From Phoronis australis (Eukaryota; Animalia; Phoronida), in the NCBI GenBank assembly GCA_002633005.1, contig NMRA01000634.1:1-64000 (forward strand): 64,000 bases of DNA, read 5' to 3'. A program made the position numbers and the translations under genes. The notes beneath the pieces are model-generated. The model was not told the DNA's origin and did no database searches. It saw nothing but the letters and a program-made list of their open reading frames with translations. The first letter of the stretch is position 1. Every line of letters begins with the position of its first letter. Shown here piece after piece: positions 1 to 13,671 of the stretch.

Positions 1-1076
1 GATTTGTAATTACTCTTAAACAACAGAAAGATTATCCATCATTTTTAAATGACCCAAGTCTTCATATCTTCTATTAAAAGAAAAACGGTTCCCTCAACCT
101 TAGGCTAGAAGTATGCTTGACAGACCTATGAACCTGTAATCTGAGTTTAAAATTGCTGAAAGTATCAAAATTAAAAAGGCTTGTAAATGGGTAACAAAGG
201 TTTGAAGTTGTCTCAAAAAAATTGTATATTTTACAGACAAGTGATGCGTTTAAAGAATTGTTTTGGCTAGGGATAAAAAATAAAGACACAGTTTTATGCA
301 ATACTCATTATATACACCCTTGGTTTCTGAAAATAGTAATTATTTAATTTTATGTTAAACTGTAGACCAATCACCGTATATTTTTGAAAAACAGGGATAA
401 CATTTTTGATCCAATCTGGAGTACTTAATTATTCATATTTCAATATTTGTTCCAGGTTCAGTGACATTTTAAGGCCACTCCAAGCTGTATCATTGACAAG
501 CTTTGTTACTCCGTTCTCTTCCCACAGCACTTCCACATACCAGCAGTGCTGCATGGCCCAATGTGGAAGTCAGTGGCCCTGGAGAAATGTGAATCGCAGT
601 ACTAAGTTACCATAAGACAATGTGCCAGTGGACTGTCTGTGTATCCAGACGAACTAAATCTGACTGCTACACAAATAAGCCTTGTTGGTGAGGATGCCCT
701 TTCATAGGCAATAAGTCATGTGTGGACAATAGCTTATTTCCTTTCCTGGAAGAAACATGAGGGACTGAAGCTAAAGAAGACCTAGTCACACTCTGGTCTA
801 GTTCAGAGTCTGATTTTGGGCTCAAAGCGATTCAAGTGATATGCTGCTGTGTTTACCTTCAAGGGTCTAATTGTGGACGTTATTGAGGCTGAATGAGGTT
901 ACATGAAAGAAAGCCACATGTTGAAACTGGACCTTTTTTACAAGCGCGCTTCTATAGGCCATTGAAACTAGAACCCAGTGAAATGAAAGCCAAGAGCTGA
1001 GTGACATTAAATTTTCCTTTCAGAAGAAAGGCTTTATACTATTGGTAAAAACTTTTCAATTTGGTACAGATTATGG

Positions 1077-1924
1077 NNNNNNNNNNNNNNNNNNNNNNNN
1101 NNNNNNNNNNNNNNNNNNNNNNNNNNNNNNNNNNNNNNNNNNNNNNNNNNNNNNNNNNNNNNNNNNNNNNNNNNNNNNNNNNNNNNNNNNNNNNNNNNNN
1201 NNNNNNNNNNNNNNNNNNNNNNNNNNNNNNNNNNNNNNNNNNNNNNNNNNNNNNNNNNNNNNNNNNNNNNNNNNNNNNNNNNNNNNNNNNNNNNNNNNNN
1301 NNNNNNNNNNNNNNNNNNNNNNNNNNNNNNNNNNNNNNNNNNNNNNNNNNNNNNNNNNNNNNNNNNNNNNNNNNNNNNNNNNNNNNNNNNNNNNNNNNNN
1401 NNNNNNNNNNNNNNNNNNNNNNNNNNNNNNNNNNNNNNNNNNNNNNNNNNNNNNNNNNNNNNNNNNNNNNNNNNNNNNNNNNNNNNNNNNNNNNNNNNNN
1501 NNNNNNNNNNNNNNNNNNNNNNNNNNNNNNNNNNNNNNNNNNNNNNNNNNNNNNNNNNNNNNNNNNNNNNNNNNNNNNNNNNNNNNNNNNNNNNNNNNNN
1601 NNNNNNNNNNNNNNNNNNNNNNNNNNNNNNNNNNNNNNNNNNNNNNNNNNNNNNNNNNNNNNNNNNNNNNNNNNNNNNNNNNNNNNNNNNNNNNNNNNNN
1701 NNNNNNNNNNNNNNNNNNNNNNNNNNNNNNNNNNNNNNNNNNNNNNNNNNNNNNNNNNNNNNNNNNNNNNNNNNNNNNNNNNNNNNNNNNNNNNNNNNNN
1801 NNNNNNNNNNNNNNNNNNNNNNNNNNNNNNNNNNNNNNNNNNNNNNNNNNNNNNNNNNNNNNNNNNNNNNNNNNNNNNNNNNNNNNNNNNNNNNNNNNNN
1901 NNNNNNNNNNNNNNNNNNNNNNNN
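1077..1924. other. Assembly gap (N run)
   Basis: Run of N; ORFs spanning it are artefacts. Confidence 0.99.
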
Positions 1925-2422
1925 TCTCCAAACTGTAAATGTGGTGACCATCAATCTTATCCTCATATTTTCTTCAAATGTCCCCTCATCGAATCCCTGA
2001 GAGACTCACTCTTTCGTGCACTCAATGATAATCAATCAATTGTGAACGCTCTCAATTCTTGTAATAATATCCCTACTAGAGTTACATTATTACTGAATGG
2101 TAGTCCTAACCTTGACTTTGTTCTCAACGAATTCCTCCTAAGCAACGTTAGCAAAATTTTATGTACCGTTTATCAATATTGTTGCATCTGATTTCCCTAC
2201 ATGAATCTGTACATATTTTTGTTTTGATATATCTGTAATAGCATGTCTAAGTATTGGAATACTTATTTTAGATACTACTTAATTGTATAAACCTCTATGT
2301 ATATAAGTTTCATTTATAAATTGTTTACAACCCAGATATAATGCTTCGCGGTTTCTGGGTTTGTTATTATTTCTTTGTATGTTCTGTGTATCCTTCAATA
2401 AATACATATCACAGGAAAAAAA
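1925..2422 (+). mobile_element. 3' end of a non-LTR retrotransposon (CR1/L2-like ORF2 C-terminal zinc knuckle, 3' UTR, short A tail)
   Basis: Translates SPNCKCGDHQSYPHIFFKCP...LLLNGSPNL, the CxCG..H.F..CP knuckle typical of LINE ORF2 ends. AATAAA at 2397-2402 is followed by a short A run. Confidence 0.7.
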
Positions 2423-5400
2423 TTCCCAAGATACTGGGTTCCATCGTACCTTGTCGTTATATAAATAATGTCCATAAGTTGTAACACCTATGTATTTTAT
2501 TAAATTTTACAACGTTTCATAGTACATTAGTTTCCATGACAATTCCTTCTGCAATTGCGCTCTTATGTATGCCACTTACACTGGGCGATCTATTATATCA
2601 ACTACCATCCGATGAAAGCCACTTGTGTAGACACTACGACTTGTGTAACATATGTGCTTAGTAGTAATAAACGCATTGCATATCTAAGCATGGTGTGAAC
2701 AGTCCTTACACGTTGACGTCTATCTCCAGGCACTTGTTACATATACGTTACATTTTCGCCTAGTTGCCATAAATGTGTACTTAGGCATCTTTGGGTGTGC
2801 ACGATTTTTTGTTGTTTCATGTTTAGGTAGCCTCCCTAAAGCGTTTCAACGGGGTTGTAATCTTGACATCGCTCAGTACTTTTAAAATGTGAAAGTTAAG
2901 GTCGCCACAATAATGCTCAAATTTATTGTTTTTTTACGTATAACTTCCTTGCGGTTAGGTTATTTTGATGTCTTGGTGCATGTTTACATTATCAGTGAAA
3001 GCAATGGAGTTAGTTTGGATATAGATTCACCGATAATTTGCAAAAACTGTTCAAATTACGGTTGACATTCTTGAAAATTCTACTTGCAATATGCTTATAG
3101 TTGCACTATCAGACACCAATATTTTGTTCTAAATTAATTCAATGAAATCAGTTCACAATAGATATTTGAAACTTTACTTTAAGTATTGTGCTTAATAGGC
3201 ACCCAGCCTTGATGAGGCTTTCAATACATTAGCTATTACATGATAATTAATTATTAACAACATGAGAGAACATGGAAGAATATGTGTGTTCAGTAGTGTA
3301 GTAATTACTCAATAATTGGTTGATAACGACCTGGAAAAACATGAAAGAACTTGGAAGAGTCTGCGAGACATGCCACTCAAATAACAGCAACAGGAAATGG
3401 CATTGTTAGTAACGAAACAGTAGAGCGCATATTTAATTTCCGAATAGCGGAGTTGCAACCGAATCGATTTAACGATTGCGCATGTCCGGAAATTAGGGTG
3501 CGCAAAGGCTACTGGGATTGTTGATGGTAAACGGGATGACCGACTGGTTTGCACGACGTGTAATTTGTGTGCATTAAACTACGCTGCTGTATGTAATTCT
3601 GCCGCTATTCGCCCTAATTAGCGCCCATGGCTCAACAAGTGCCCCAACGCGTTTTCAGACTTTGCTAAAGTAAGCGCCCAGCCCATGAACTACATGCGAN
3701 AACATTCTGACCCATTTCCAATATGGCGGCGTTGCAACTCCGCTATTGAAAAGGTATCTCTGAGATATTTGGCTAAAGAACGCATGACATTTTCATGAGA
3801 CAAAAGAATTCTCTGTTCAAGAGTGATTTAAATGTAATGTGAAAAGCATCCAAATTTTTTTCTCGGATAATGCAACAAAAATGAAATTCAACCTCAACTT
3901 GCCCTAGTGGCATACCTCACAAATTCTGTCCTCCAAGGATAAACATATAATGCGTCCCGTTTCTACTCTGAGAGGAAGGGTTCCCCAGCAAAAGAGGCAA
4001 GAAAATAAAATAAAGATCGTTCGATTGAAAGCTTAATGTACGGTTGTGTTTCAAAAGCATTCTAAAAAGTTTTTAGCGTTCTCAATTTGAGCGCTGTTTA
4101 GATCTGATCTGACCAGGTATCGGCCAGTTACCTTAGCAGAATATTACACGCTATTCTTGTATTTAAAGAGCATTTATCCCATACGCGTTGAATCTGTCGA
4201 GGGTAATACGGCCATGTAATAAAGTTTTCCCTATTCACCTCCCTCACTACTTTAACAGTGACCACTGACATGGAAAGTTCAAAAGGTAGGTCAATGTCGA
4301 CTCGACGTCTTCAACCGGTTCAATCATCAAACTTTCCGAATATCCTGGTTTAAAGTAATCCAGTTACATCAGTGTAGCTAACACTCGACATGAGACCAGG
4401 CCCTAAACGTAAAATCTTGAACAAAACTGTTAATTAAATGACACTTATGTCTCATTTTTCAATTGTTGAATGCTATATTGTCTGCAACTCAGGCGCCGAT
4501 TCCTAGAAAACTACAATACCAAATATTGTTGTTTTTTAAATATTTCCAGGAGATATTACAAGTTCACGGCACAGTTGCCGTTGTTTTCATCTTTGTTACC
4601 TTTTTTCAAGAAATAAATCGTTACTTTTAAAACCAACTTTCTTTTACAAGAGAAAACTTGCAGCCTAACGCGCAGGTACATACATATAGGATGTGATCCG
4701 CCATGTAAACAGTCTCGGTGAAGTATTCAAAAAATCTACCGAAAAAATGTAAGAAACTTAGGAATTCGAAACGTATTACTTCATGTACGCCACTCTCGGT
4801 ACGTTTTGTGTATTTATTCATAAAAGTGCTTTCAGCTTGTAAGTCTGTACACTGACTGGAGGCCATTTTTGTTCCAACATATAATTCCAAAGAAAAATCA
4901 CTTTAGTAACTCTGGTTTCCTCCATTGTGACTAATTTCTTCTAGAATCTAATCATTTGAGTTTTCCTTCGCAAGACAGAATCATGCCAGGCCATGTCGCC
5001 AAAAACGGCTACGCAACTTTATGGTCTTCGAGAAAACAGCGTTGATATATTTTTTTGTTTTGCATCACATTTACTATGCTAATTAAAGACCCATAATCCC
5101 GCACAACAATCATGGATAGGATAGACGCAAGCGCCAACTAAATTTTTGTAAGTTTGATATCACAAGTGCTTTAAACACACCTCCCTGCACCCTCAGCCAA
5201 ACCACTCGATGTCAATGCAAAATCTAAATGTTCTTGTAAAAACACACCGAAATATTTATGCTTATTCATCCTACTTAATGTAAGTTTTTTACATGTAAAT
5301 GTATGAGACTCAGGCCTCTTGTGAACAATACTGTTTTTTCTGTTCATTTACAGGCATTCTCCACCCGGTGCACACTTGGTGCAAAGTATCCAGCATAATC

Positions 5401-5689
5401 ATCAGTATGCAGGAGTAAACACAATTTGTAGCAATCAATATAAAATTCTAATCCTGAGCTTTTATGGTTACTGTAAGTACAGTACGCTATACATTAGCAG
5501 GTCTCAATCGATCGGGTCAAATGCTTCTTCAAAATCTAAATAAGCAGCAAATGTTGCGAGTTTTTATTTAGTCTAACTCCAATCACTGACGGGAGAGCAA
5601 ATACATGGTCAGCACAAGCTCTTTTGAGCCGGAAATCTTTCTGTTCTTTTGGTCAGAAACGGTGGTGATTCTGGAATTTTTAAAATATA

Positions 5690-6720
5690 TTTGTAATTAT
5701 CTTGCGCACAGTAGACGACAAATTTATTTTCCGATATTAAAGAGGTAAACGTGGGTCATTGTCCACACTTTTGGGAAAAGACTTACTAACTGTTTTGTTC
5801 TGAACTGTTGGGATAACTCCAGAGTGAAAAATTGAATTGAATTGAACAGTAAGACCATAAACTCTTAAATCGTTTTTAGGATCTGATCGTTGAGCCTGTT
5901 TTCTATGCCTGCGGTATTGTTAAGAGCGTCTTGAACCTAATCAACAGAAATTCGCCTATTTAAAATAAAATTTACTGGTCATGACTTTTGACTCTAAAAC
6001 TGCCGTCAATGTGTCTATTAGTTGACAAAAATTACGGCGTTATATATAGTTGAGTGTTTTTGATAAAAAGATAGGCGAAACTGTTGCGCCATTTTTCTAA
6101 AACTTGGTTAATCTCAGTCAAAATTTCATTGTCGTTAACATAAATCTCCAGGGGAATATTTTGTTTTTGTTAAGTACTGATTTCTGGATATGGTTCCAGA
6201 AACTGCTAGGGTCATTTATATTCATTGGATAGATTTATAATTGTTGTTTGCTATAATACAACCGTTTCTCTTTTCGATACCGCAAATCTCGTTTGTTTAA
6301 ATGCGAGTCTGGTAGTTTTCTTGTGGTGGAGACGACCTTTAGAATTCAGAAATTGTGATTCAGCTTCACATATTTTTTCCACGAATCATATAAATCTGGG
6401 CTTATTTTTGGACTTAAGGCCCTTTTAGTCAGACAATTTCTCGCGTAAGCAGGCATGTATCTATTTAACCTATTGTGATATATTTCACATATTTGGTCAT
6501 ACAGAGCGTCAAATTTGTCTCGGGTCTGTTCTTTTTGATGTAACCGTTTCAAGAAAATCTATTAAATCGAATGTACACGTACCCAGCTTTGTATTCTTTA
6601 AAAAGCATATCCATGTTTCTGTGAATGAGATGTCCTGTTTTGTATTATCAAAATCGTTCTACTGCTTATGATATGCCTGCGATTAAGCAAACAGGCAGTA
6701 TAACTTCTTCAAACTTTCGC
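5690..6720 (-). mobile_element. Decayed LINE ORF2 fragment (linker and start of RT)
   Basis: Minus strand gives ...ICEAESQFL..., NDPSSFWNHIQK and FHSGVIPT...FPKSVDNDPRLPL*YRKINLSSTVRKI, resembling the P..YR.ISL.S..K RT domain-1 motif; contains stops and frameshifts. Confidence 0.7.
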
Positions 6721-9700
6721 GGTATATGGCTGGTTACCGTGACCACGGTACACATTTCAATTTGACCTAAGGGACGGGTAACTAAAATGTTATGATCATG
6801 CTTGGTTACCTGCTTCTAAAACGACTAACATCAAGCCCAAAACGAGTGATCAAGGCAGCTACAATACCTGGTTATCACGGTAACGATACCAAATTTAGCT
6901 TAGCAACACCCCGATGATTCATCAAAGTGTTACACGAAGTCCATCCTGGGGTTAGTATTAGCACTGTTAGTTAACCCTGGATACAAACTTAAAGCAAGTC
7001 TTTATATTATTGGAATGGAAGCCTTAATGCTATTATAATTGCAAAGTTTTGTTAGCACCGATCACCCCAGCCGAAATCCGAGGGATAATACTCAACTTCT
7101 GAGCAGTGGCGAATAAACCACCAGGCTGACAAAGCTTACGGGGTCCGTGGATGCCGAGGACCCGGAAGAAAGTCTCGTAATAACATTAGGTATGTGCACG
7201 TGTGACGTAATTTTAAATATGATTTGTAGTTCGCATCTTATCACTAAAAATTATAGTGTTCAAATCCTCCGCAAGGATTCGCGTACTAGCTTGTTAAAAA
7301 TATTTGTATGTAAGGCTGCTGTGCAATTGGTCTCAACTTACTGTTTACGCGGATGACTAGAAGTGATTTGTGGCCTTGTGAATTCTGAAGGTGTTTCTTA
7401 CATTTTATTCTTGTTTATGAGGAAGTATATTTAGCTGACGTGATGTCATGGTTTATCTGCATTTTGATGTGCTCCAAGAGCTCCATAAGCTACAGTTAGC
7501 CCCGTTTAACTTGCCTGAAATCGAAACTCGAATTAGACCATTTACTCTCATAAAATATGTCAAATAATTTTCCTTGCAATAATTTTCACATTTCCTTGTG
7601 TCCTATAGAGATACACTGTTTGATTTCTTATGCCAACATCTTCATAAAAGAAAAAAATGGGGCGCAGTGCAAAAATGCTATTTCAACCACGACTCTACAT
7701 ACATTATGAAACACCTTATTTATTGTTCATCAGCTTTCGTGGCACTACCGACCCGCCTCTTTTTAACCAGACCCTATGTCATTGTATATGGAATTTTGAA
7801 TGTGACCAAATTATCTTGTCCCTCTCTGGAAACTCACTCGCGTGTAGGTGTTTCTGGCACCCTCCGGAATACGTACAATGTAGAGGAATTTTTCTTTGGT
7901 GGACGAACACTGTAATAATGCCTATAGGGAGAGTGATCAATGAACCCGTACAAAACCCTGTGTCAAGGCCTTAAAAGATCAATTATATCTATCGATATAG
8001 AAGTATTTTAGAACTGCAAACAAAAATGACAGCACCCTTCTTATCGATCTCCATTCATAGCTGTTGACAGCATTGTAACTCTGACATAAGTTGGGCGCCA
8101 GTGTAAGCACGTGTGTGCAGGCCAAAATTCTGACAATTTAAGCTGTGTTTAGTGCAATATTTTAGTTTCGGTGATGAAATATCTTACCAAAATGACTCGC
8201 TACAACTTACAACTAAATGACAATTTGGGCCTTCAGCCCTGATCCAAATTGTCACAGTTTTTAATTTATAACAATTTGAGAGGTTGTGACAATTTGAGCT
8301 TGCACAAACGTGTACTCTGGCAAGTTAAAGCCCACGCAGACCCAGAACTACGCGCCACGTCCGCGGTAAAATAAACTGCGAGAACTTTGCCTGGCAAGAC
8401 GTTGCGATCGTTCGATTTTTGTTTTTCAGTCGGATGAACCAGACAAAACGCAACATTAATCTCACAATCATATTTTTGTTTACAACTGTTGAAACATGTA
8501 TCCAAACCAAAAAGCTATTGTAAAAAGCTTTTCAAAGGTTATAAAAAACAGAATTCGAACCCTGATAAGAATACAGGTGATACTGCGTGTCGGCAGAGAG
8601 TGTCCTTGTGACACATATTTCCACTTATTCCGATACATCTTTCCACTCTTCACTGGCAACTTTAAATATTTGCATAAAGCTTGGATGTTCACATTTGATA
8701 ACAGATTATCACCTTTTGGAATTTGATCTTTTTTCTCTTTGCCAGGGTATCAACAATGCAAATGTGGGAGTAAGTGAGCAGCTCGCTTTCAAAATTGGTT
8801 GACCATAGTTTGAATCTTCAGCACTGTTTGTCCTGTTTTTGCCAAAAGGTTCACAATCCTTTTGATGTATGTGTAGCCTGACTTGTGGCATTGCGTTGGC
8901 TGATTCTCAATGAATCCAGACAAGCTTGCAACTCTATGTGTATGTTATATAGTTGTCAACTTTCAAAAATGAGAAAATTGGACTCCTGGATTGAAAAAGC
9001 TGAGCTTCTGGATATAAAGTGGGACATTTGGGTCTATGCCAAAAAGTAAAGGTGAAACACCTAAAACGTTCCAGCAGCGCTTTTGATATTTTTTACCAGA
9101 ACAGCGTGCTAAATCACAATAATAAATTGTAATAAGTCAATTTCGTTGCATATCAGTAAGTGAGACATTTTGATGGTGGAACAGTATGGCGGAACAAACC
9201 TTCAAAAAGCAAGGCGTTCCTGCCAAAAGCTTGCTCATTGACTAGTATGTTGGCATCACCTCGTTCCAGTCTATGAAGAACTTAAAATACCAATATCAGA
9301 AAACAGGTATACTTGTTAAAGATGCGTAAATAGAAAAGAATAAAAACCAAGATAATTTAAAGAACTGTAAAACATGTAAGTATTGATAAAATTTAACTGC
9401 ACATAAAATTTATCGCACTATCGAATATAAATCTATTTTATAGGTTTTACAGTAAACTATACTGCATTATATAATGCTATTAAAATGGAAAAATTGAAAA
9501 ACATCACACTGTTGTATAGAGATTGATATTAGACGCATTACATTATTGTATAATGTTTAACTAATGCTATCAGAATGAAAACGTTCTTGGGGATTTAGTT
9601 GGTGCTGGGATTTAGGAAGATCGTGACTGGAACTTAAGGTGTTTGCAGAGACGGCGTTTCCACCCCTAGGTGACACGATACGAAGTAATTAGAGGAACAC

Positions 9701-11749
9701 TGTAATTAAGAGAAACTGGAATGAATTACATGAATCGTGGAAACCTTGTAATTAATTCCAATTGTTTGTAAAACATGCATGGGGGACATGGAAATTGAAT
9801 AATGTCAACCCGTATTTACATAAGTCAAAAGTTATGCAAATTTATTATGTAATGACCAGCAAACTGACATTGAGCACAAAAACATAGGCGCAAACATCAA
9901 GGTGCTTTACATGAAGTGCTCTGTAAGGCATTCACGAATACAAACACGGAAGCATCGGAGAAAAGTTCAATATACTACACCATTGGTGCTCTTTATCCCG
10001 GCTATAAGCAAAAGTAGGTATTTGAATAATAGAAGCCTTAATCTGCATAAATTATACAAATTCACACTTTATCCACTTGTAAACTAGCTCCATTGGTGTT
10101 TTTTATGTATGAAAATATAATGCGCGATTTTGCTGGTTGCTCAGATTAAATTTTCCTAGGGGGTATAACCCAGAATCGTAAAACATAGATCTGTACAGTC
10201 TACATGTATCTTTTTGAAAATACTCGTGCGTAGGGATGGTGTTTTTAGGGTAGGTTTTCGGCCTTTGGCCTTAAGGGGTGGTGTTCAGATCAAAAAACGA
10301 GTAACGGCTCCGGCGAAAAGGTGGCATTGTTTTAAGCGGCATTTAACTTTAGATGAAAGGTACAGTTCGGAATTTCCCGTTTCTTCAGTTTTTGATCAAA
10401 TCAAAGTCCTTGTCGATATCACGTATGCATGCAGCGATGGAACCCACTTTTGCACGTCATCAAGGTGCTTATGAAGAATGAATTTGTCTAATTTGTCTAT
10501 ATATACTGTTCAGTTAATATACCTAAAAATTTCGGGCTTTTTCTACCCGCTTGCAAATGTCCAAGAGACAACACATGCACGACTACAAATATAATTAATT
10601 CACCAATATATTCAGCAGCAACCTACCATCATCACAGAAAATGACATAAAAATCTCGCGAAAGTAGATCACCTATGCAAGAGGCCAGAACAAGCCTGCGA
10701 TCGTGCAGTATTAATACTTGCTACTTGAATGAAAATTTCAATTTCTTTATGTGTGCATACATGCATATTCTTGCTATAAAAATTAGTTTTATCTTGCTTT
10801 CGACCTCGTGTCCCTTGTATACTGCAATAAAGCCCCCAGCAACTGCAAGAGTTGAATTTTATGAAAATGTCACTGCGAATTAGCCAGTCTGTGCAAGCGC
10901 TGCTAGCAATAAGCTAGCCGTCACGTTGGTCCAGGCGTTAGTCTTTGCATGTCCTGTTTCGAGTGTTAAACTAAGTCAGGACTATTCTTGAAAACCCAGG
11001 TTGTCTACGGCAGTATGTAGCAATGCAAGACAGTTCAGGGCTGGAAACACGTGATAAGGTTTTTGGGTTGTGTGGTATGGGTGCCGCTTGTCTTAAGAGC
11101 GGGTCTCTTCCCCCCAGCATGTACAAAAATACCGCGCAACCCGGATTCAACGGTCTACGCATGACCAAGCTTGAATCTGGTGACTTCCCCACGTACACCT
11201 GTGAACCACTACAGTTGCAAAACTACGTATATATCAGTTTGAAAACAACAAGCGTTTTCTATAATTAACACAGCTTCCCTTTTTGGCAAAACATTCAATC
11301 TTTATACCAAGTATACTCCTCTGACACATCTTCTGTTGCCATGACAGTTTAGGCAGTAGGTTGTGACAACTGTGCCTGTAGCGCTGACCCAGACTGTTAC
11401 AGTGTTAAAGTTGTGACATTTTGGGCCTGCATAGAGCGGGTACATGAAAGACTACACTACGGTTGGCAATATTTTTGTTATTAACACACTAGTTCAGTTG
11501 CTGTTAGCTTAGAAGAATTTGTTGTCTCTACACAGGTTTCCAAAAGCCTTTGACAGTACTTGCAGAAGCATTCTGTGCATCAATGATTTAGGAAAATGTC
11601 AGCACTAAAATGAAAAAGAAAAGTATATAATTATCGGGATGTCAAGACAAAAGTGATTATGAGAGAAGATCGTTCCGAATATTTTAGAAGTTCAACTGGT
11701 ATTAGACAAGGAATCATGCCATTTTATTTAAATTGTTTATAAACTAGAT

Positions 11750-12416
11750 AGAATTGGTTAAACGCACGACATTTTTCATTATCCACAGGCTTTATTCCGT
11801 CATGTTCATACCTTCGGAACAAAACTACTCTCAACTGAACATAGATAAAGTATCTTACCTAGCGACATAATTAAAAGACACACGATATTTCGAAACATAC
11901 TTGTTTCATTTTCAAGTGAAGATAAAATGACCCCAGAGCATAAGCTGATGACACACACAGTGAGACACGGCGGGTGTGAAATACTGCAAAGAATCACTAA
12001 TGAAGGGGGGTAACAGGAAAGTCACGCAAACAAGTGTAACGTGCGGCGCGACCCTGTTTGCTGCTCATTCAAAACAGGCTTCTCAAAAGCAATTAAAAGG
12101 GACTCTAATATTTTCAATCGCAGCACATCGTGCTCCACGTAGAGAAGTGACGNGCACATCGTGCTCCACGTAGAGAATTGACGTGTTTCCCAGAATTTCT
12201 TGACGGGTGATATTACACTGTGGTGGCATTACTGCGTCATTTTATCTTCACTTGAGAATGAAACAAGTATGCTTCGAAATATCGTGTCTTTTAATTAATC
12301 GCTAGATAAGTTACTTTATCTACGTTCAGTTGAGAGTAGAGTTTTGTTCCGAAGGCATGAATGCAACAGAATAAAGACTGTGAACAATGAAAATTGTCGT
12401 GCGTTTAACCAATTCT
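11750..12416. mobile_element. Foldback/MITE-like element with about 185-bp imperfect inverted arms
   Basis: 11750-11932 (agaattggttaaacgcacgac...gtgaagataaaatga) is the reverse complement of about 12236-12416 (tcattttatcttcac...gtcgtgcgtttaaccaattct). The spacer holds a duplicated 24-mer, gcacatcgtgctccacgtagagaa. Confidence 0.8.
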
Positions 12417-13570
12417 GTATAACCGAAACTTTGCTCCCGAAGTACAGCCAAACTAGATAGAAATGTAATTAAAATTTAACCCTTAATCAGGATTCAATCC
12501 AGGTATCAGTAGATTTTTTTCATTTGGCTTTCGTTTGCAGATTTCCCGAATGGTTCGCAACGAAAAGAACTATTAGTCTCTCTATCCACCCCATGAACAA
12601 CAAAAAGTGTTTATTGACCCCAGCTATCGTAGAACAGACGCCAAAATTTCAGAGATTCTGTTCGCAATCGCACAATTTCCATTAACAATTTGCGAAAAGG
12701 AAATGCAAATTCTAAACTAAAGAGTCTGAAGTGGACTTTAGTGTGCTCGACGATGTCATATCCATCTGTAAAAATCAACCTATTACGGCCGATTTCTACC
12801 TGAATCACACCTCTTTACCAATATTTAATCAATTCGTCGAGTTATTTAGAGAATGATCGACGAACAAGAAAGAAACTGATACGTTATTATTTGCAGCCCA
12901 TGCATATCCGTCTTTTGGCGTTCAGCTGATGCATACCTATACACCTAACTTATTGATTACTTATTAACTGTTTCGATTTGGTGTAACATTGCAAAGTGCT
13001 TATCGTCCAGCTCAGACGTCTCCTTGGTTTCAGTGTCGCTTTTGACTATTTTACGGGACTAATGAAATATAAGTTTATCTAAAATGTCTGTGCGTGAACG
13101 TGTGAGCGTGTGTCCGGTTGTCAAAAATTTCAAATTCCTGAAGAGATCAAGCTCCCTCGAAGTCTGTCAATTCAGCTTCTTTGGTTAGTGACATATACAT
13201 GTAGGAGGCCATGATGAATGGCAAGAATCTGATGTGCCATATGATGCGTTCTTGTCACCAGATTCCACAACCTTCCTTATAACTCATTCCCTTCACTGCC
13301 GACCTTACCAACATTATTGTTTCGAATGCTGTGCCCATCTCCACCTTCCACCTTTTTCTACCCAACTAATCAGAGAAACAACGTCCTTCAACCAAGTCAA
13401 TGCATTCTCTTTCATGAACAGGGCGATTGCGGTAACGCTGTTTAAATTGTACTCCGCTATCGGTTTTCATTGCATGCACTACACATTAATTCGTCATTGA
13501 CTGACATAGTCATGCTCCCCCGGAACGTTTTCTTCTGTTAGTTATATTGATTTACTCAATAACGATCATT

Positions 13571-13605
13571 TATTAATGGGCCAATGTTTGATATCATATT
13601 TAGTT
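13571..13605 (+). promoter_or_regulatory. Possible core promoter (TATTAA about 31 nt before an Inr-like TTAGTT), or a splice acceptor before the ATG exon
   Basis: TATTAA at 13571-13576 and TTAGTT at 13600-13605, about 20 nt before the ATG. The same tttag could instead be a cis/trans splice acceptor. Confidence 0.3.
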
Positions 13606-13622
13606 GCGACTCTAAAGACGCT

Positions 13623-13671
13623 ATGGTTCGAACGTTTGTGTTGATATCGTTTCTTTTCCTACATTGTTACG
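13623..13671 (+). CDS. Exon 1: start codon and signal peptide MVRTFVLISFLFLHCY(G)
   Basis: ATG, basic residue, hydrophobic core, small residues at -3/-1; donor G|gtaggt is phase 1 and matches exon 2. Confidence 0.75.

Noticed and set aside
1-480. AT-rich minus-strand stretch that may be an L1/Tx1 LINE remnant
   Set aside because: No diagnostic motif could be read with confidence.
1034-2191. Long ORFs in the track (also 27293-27534 and 36536-37276)
   Set aside because: They are read-through of N gaps; only the LINE-like tail after 1925 is real coding-derived sequence.
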